Assembly: GCA_046563655.1 (NCBI GenBank)
Contig: CM102283.1
Coordinates: 2,542,001 to 2,606,000, forward strand
Direction: 5' to 3'
DNA length: 64,000 nucleotides
Origin: Yuukianura sp. NJ FZ-2021
Taxonomy: Eukaryota
Made by a program: the position numbers and the translations under genes. The notes below the pieces were generated by a model, which was not told the origin of the DNA, ran no database searches, and was given only the letters and a program-made list of their open reading frames with translations. Positions 60,301 through 64,000 of this stretch are shown in pieces (within the stretch, counting starts at the first letter, position 1; the number at the start of each line of letters is the position of its first letter).

Positions 60301-60535
60301 TGTTTGTAGCTGCACCGCTCATCAAAATTTGATGTTCAGCCGAGTAAGTGCTTTTCAGCGATTCTGGCGCGGCGATTAGTTCCGGTTTGCCATCTTTTTT
60401 TTTGAAACAAAATGTTTTTTTTTGTGGAAAGTTTATAATCAACAGGAGTGATTTTTATGAAATTGTGATGTTAAGCTTACCGCAAAAATGTGGCAATAGA
60501 AGAATCGCTGCTGTCCAAGCCACGTATAGCTTCAT
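57338..60535 (-). CDS. Alanine-glyoxylate/serine-pyruvate aminotransferase-like (class V PLP), copy 1, with signal-peptide exon and retroposon-extended C-terminus
   Basis: MDEIKDGLRYAFQTKN, GTGH, SGLWGERFSEMARR, NGESSTGV, KIDAAYSNSHKGLG (PLP Lys), FHTMPV, YALREALA, VIRVGIFG. Confidence 0.85.
57358..57467 (+). mobile_element. 110-bp retroposed insertion (5'-truncated LINE/SINE tail) with poly-A
   Basis: Perfect 14-bp TSD tattcggttttccc at 57344-57357 and 57468-57481; absent from the paralogue at ~61331. Confidence 0.9.
57659..57874. mobile_element. Tc1/mariner-type MITE
   Basis: Perfect 26-bp TIR cagtgagcgccagctaaaaccataca, TA TSD; absent from the paralogous intron. Confidence 0.9.
58770..59945 (+). 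mobile_element. Helentron-associated non-autonomous element (HINE/DINE-1-like)
   Basis: subTIRs gtcttctggag / ctccagaagac, short 5' inverted partner gaagaagact, GTCY microsatellite gtctgtctgtccgtccgtctgtc, three ~110-bp internal repeats (gatattcgacccc), 3' hairpin atgctcaa-ccc-ttgagcat, T-run insertion site; paralogous intron is only ~60 nt. Confidence 0.8.
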
Positions 60536-61329
60536 TCTAATTTTGAAATTTGATATTTCGAAATCGTGATTCTCAAGATTTTTCGGCAGGAAGAACAATT
60601 TGTTTAAATGGTACTAACTACAAAACCCGTTGGAAAAATTGTAGCACCAGTTTCGCAGAACAAGCAAAAATCTGAGCGCGTTGAAATTGAGGTTATAGTA
60701 TGTGCACGTGTTTTCATAAAATAATATTAATGTTGCATTGTTTGAAAACTGAAGTTTAAAAAGTTTAATTACATATTTTTGTTTGCGGCACATGCTTTAC
60801 CTTGGTTAGCAGTCTCGGACAGTCAGTTATTTTTTGGACGCTGCAGTTTATAATTGCGTTTCCCTCATTCGACATGAATAATATTAGATGCTGGTATTGG
60901 GAAATAACAAAACTGTATTAAGAGTAACAACGGTAAATTAATCAATTGAATTAGACACACGGCTACAATAGTTACTCCCTTCACTTGATCCAAAACTGGT
61001 GAACCCCACATGGTTCACAAAAATTGTTATTTTCATAAATTTTACTTAGTAACCAATTTGTGTTTTATTAAGATAGAAGTAATTTAGTCAGATATTACTT
61101 TATTAAAGTAGTTAACTTTTTTACTTAATATTTAATTCGATTTCGATTAGGCGAATCCAAAGTTAAGACTATATGGGCTAGACTGTTGTCGGTAATTGTA
61201 AAAATGTCAAAACGCATCCGCACACATCCACCTCTATCTTTAAACTCTGCCATAGATGTCAGATTTAATTATTAAAAATTTTAAATAATTAATTACCAAT
61301 CGCTATTAAGGTTTTTATTAGGTGCCAAT

Positions 61330-63008
61330 TTATTCGATTTTCCCGGCTTTTGCGTTTTCCAGTCCTTCTTTAAGTGCTTTCAAAGCAAGATCGACTGAAG
61401 CTGGATTTGCATTCGGACCAAAAATGCCGATTCGAATAACGTGACCTTCCGTTGGTCCAGCGCCTGCGCTGAGGTCAAGTTTATATCTACCGAAGCAGAA
61501 AATGATTACTTATAATAACATTTTATAATTAATATGGTAAATCCTAAACTTACTTCTCCATAATGGAATGCAACATTTGTGTTAAATCCTGAACGTACTT
61601 CGGTCTTTTCATTGTCACTGTTCCGATAAGTCTCGAATCGGATTTGTTTACGAAATAACTTAAATCCAACTTTTCAACTCCGTCGTAAAACCGTTTTGAC
61701 GCAGACGCGTGTCGCTCCCAACATTTTTCCAGGGTTTCTTCTACAAGTTGCGCAAGCGCTTCTCGTAGAGCGTAAAATTGCAAAACCGGCATAGTGTGCC
61801 AAATGAGTCGAGTAGCGTTTGGGTTGGTATTGTCCAAATTCCAATGCATTGTTAAATTTCGCGGATCCAGTGTCATTGTCGGTATTAGAGATTTGCGCCG
61901 CATAAACTTTTTTCTAAAAACCAAAATTTCGAATCCAAAATTTTTGTGAGAATTCAAAAAAAAATGTAAATTTAAGAACAATACACTGCTCGAGGACCAA
62001 ATGTCACTGGTGCAAAACCGGTAACACATCCAAGTCCTTTTTGTGAATTTGAATATGCCGCGTCAATTTTCCATTTGTCTACGAAAACCGGTTGTATTCC
62101 AATCGTTGCCACAAAGTCAGCTATAAGCAAACAGCGTTTCCCGCCTTTTCTATTTTAGAAAACAACTTTTCAAAATTTCAAAAAAAAAAAATTTCTTTTG
62201 ACTTTTTTTTCACCTTCTACAATGTGATCCAATTTTATGAACGTCCTGAAAGACACCAGTTGACGATTCGCCGTTAATAATAAAAACGACGTCTGGAGAG
62301 TGCTCATCAATGGCGTTTCGGATTTCGTGATTCGTAAACGCAACGCCCAAAGGTTTGTAGATGTTGATCACTTTTACGCCTGCGCAGAGTTAAAAAAAGT
62401 TGAATTTTTGACAAAATTTGTTAAACTTTTCAAAAATTTACCTAATCTTCTTGCCATTTCCGAAAATCGTTCTCCCCACAAACCGCTACTTGGAATCAAT
62501 ACAGTTTCGCCAGGGTACATTAAATTTTCCAAAACAGTTTGAGCCCCCAAGTGACCAGTTCCGATGATTGGCCACGTCCAGGAATTCTTCGTTTGAAAAG
62601 CATAACGCAGCCCAGCTTTGATTTCATCCATAACGTATAACGAAATAATTAAAATGTTTTTTTAACTGCACTTTTCAAAATCTTGTTGTTTTTTCAAAAA
62701 TTCGAAATTCGACCTTGATCACTTTTTCATCGAACATAGCCATAAGCGGAGACGTGAAAGCGTTGGCTACGCGCGGATACAAGTTTGTAGGTCCACCGCT
62801 CATCAAAATTTGTTTTTCAGTTGCGTAGGGGCCTTTCAGCGATTCTGGTGCAGCGATTAGTTCTCGTTTCCCATCTTTATTAGAACAAAATTTTTATATT
62901 GACACTTGACAGAGACTAATTTTCATCAAATTCTAAAATTTTGTTAAACTTACTGCAAAAATGAGAGATTAAAAGAATGGCTGCTGCCCAAGCCAGGTAT
63001 AGATTCAT
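61330..63008 (-). CDS. Alanine-glyoxylate/serine-pyruvate aminotransferase-like, copy 2, with signal-peptide exon
   Basis: MNLYLAWAAAILLISHFC exon; ILMSGGPTN; MDEIKAGLRYAFQTKN; YSNSQKGLG; WHTMPV; IRIGIFG; ends AGKIE*. Confidence 0.88.
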
Positions 63009-63473
63009 TTCCAATTCTTTTTCCCAAAATTTTCAAGATTTTTGGGCCATAAAAAGCTTTGTTTTTAAACCAAGTATTAACTGAAACTAAATGAAAAAAT
63101 TGTAGGAAATGGTCACATTGACATATAGGGGTTATGCGCATGCCTTTTCATAAGAATATTTTAATTTTGAATTGTTTCAACACCTAAAAAGTTAAACTTA
63201 AAAGTGGAATTACAAGTATAACTGCCAAAATTGGAACGTTTTTTATTTATATATATTTTATTTTAAATATACAATAACTAATAATACAAATAACTTATTA
63301 TTAATTATTACTATAAATTACTTATGTTACGTTTGTTATGTGTGAGGAGCTCTTGCCCCAATTTAGTAATACTAATTTGTGTTCACGAGGAATACCAACT
63401 ATGTATGTGTGAAGCAACATGAACCTCGGTTTTCAGAATTTCAAACTTTTGTTAGGCGGGAAATTGAAATCAG

Positions 63474-64000
63474 TCAACTCTGAGGCCAGAGACGCCCCAG
63501 TCCAAGTTTTCCGGTATACGCAACATGTGATGGAATGCGCGGGTGTTGTGGAATTGGCGGTTGATTTGAAAAAATTCGAAATTTCGTGTCTGGAGCCGCT
63601 GACATGTCAAGGTCACTCTGATTTGAATTTCCCTCCGAAGGACTTTTGATCTGCAGTGGAGACGGAATTTGGAGGTAGCGAAACCTTGGAGGGATTTCAA
63701 TTTCCCGAGGAGCTTTTAGTGAAACCGAATCCGCTTGGTTCGCTATTCGAACCGGTATAAACCTCAACCTCCCTTTTTCTAGAGGCGCCTCTGTCGTAGT
63801 TGGTGATTTCAGCATTTGAATGTCATTTGAATCCAAACTTCTTGCAGAATCGGATGTATCTTCAGTGGGGTTTGCCGGTTCGAATCCGATCGGAATCACA
63901 ATGTGATCAACTACTGGAAACCGAAATGGTGGTGGGGCAAGTGGGCCGGAGTGTTTAAGTGGGGCAGCGGGTGGGACCGGAGTTGTCGTACCGAGTATTG
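63474..64000 (-). CDS. 3' end of an unidentified Pro/Ser/Thr-rich protein, open to the window edge
   Basis: Frame open from the window edge (ILGTTTPVPPAAPLKH..) to the stop at 63474; GC content above the flanks. Confidence 0.55.
   Translation of the reverse strand, partial: ILGTTTPVPPAAPLKHSGPLAPPPFRFPVVDHIVIPIGFEPANPTEDTSDSARSLDSNDIQMLKSPTTTEAPLEKGRLRFIPVRIANQADSVSLKAPREIEIPPRFRYLQIPSPLQIKSPSEGNSNQSDLDMSAAPDTKFRIFSNQPPIPQHPRIPSHVAYTGKLGLGRLWPQS

Larger units (their letters stand above)
56781..60780. repeat. Tandem duplication unit containing aminotransferase copy 1; next unit starts ~60781
   Basis: tttgcggcac..cagtctcggacagt..ggacgctgcag at 56781 and 60782; colinear over ~550 bp of flank plus the whole gene. 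Confidence 0.85.

Overview
AT-rich, intron-rich eukaryotic DNA, almost certainly from an arthropod: it carries an insect-type gustatory receptor and a PDF receptor. Short ~60-nt introns suggest a compact soil-arthropod genome such as a springtail (inference only). Gene order is as follows. Two tandem NmrA/NMRAL1-like genes; a single-exon secreted LRR protein; a sugar-clade gustatory receptor; and a ~10 kb cluster of intronless, secreted berberine-bridge-enzyme (BBE/AA7)-like bicovalent FAD oxidases (3 intact, 1 lacking a clean 5' end, 1 truncated by a segmental duplication, 1 in a probably mis-assembled zone), which is a candidate horizontally acquired family. Next come two tandem anion-type Cys-loop channel genes and a multi-domain C-type lectin gene whose large intron holds an antisense Cys-rich gene and a complete ORF1-only (HAL1-like) retroelement. 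A 12.6 kb PDF-receptor gene hosts a same-strand GT17 glycosyltransferase, an antisense GPI-type Cys-rich gene and several fold-back elements. The window ends with a non-catalytic ACE homologue, a site-2 protease, two tandem alanine-glyoxylate-aminotransferase-like genes that unexpectedly start with a signal-peptide exon (one has lost its stop codon to a retroposon insertion), and the 3' end of a Pro-rich gene. An AGGTCA (DR1/IR1) motif recurs throughout. All calls come from manual translation and motif recognition; exon boundaries are hand-predicted and no database searches were run.
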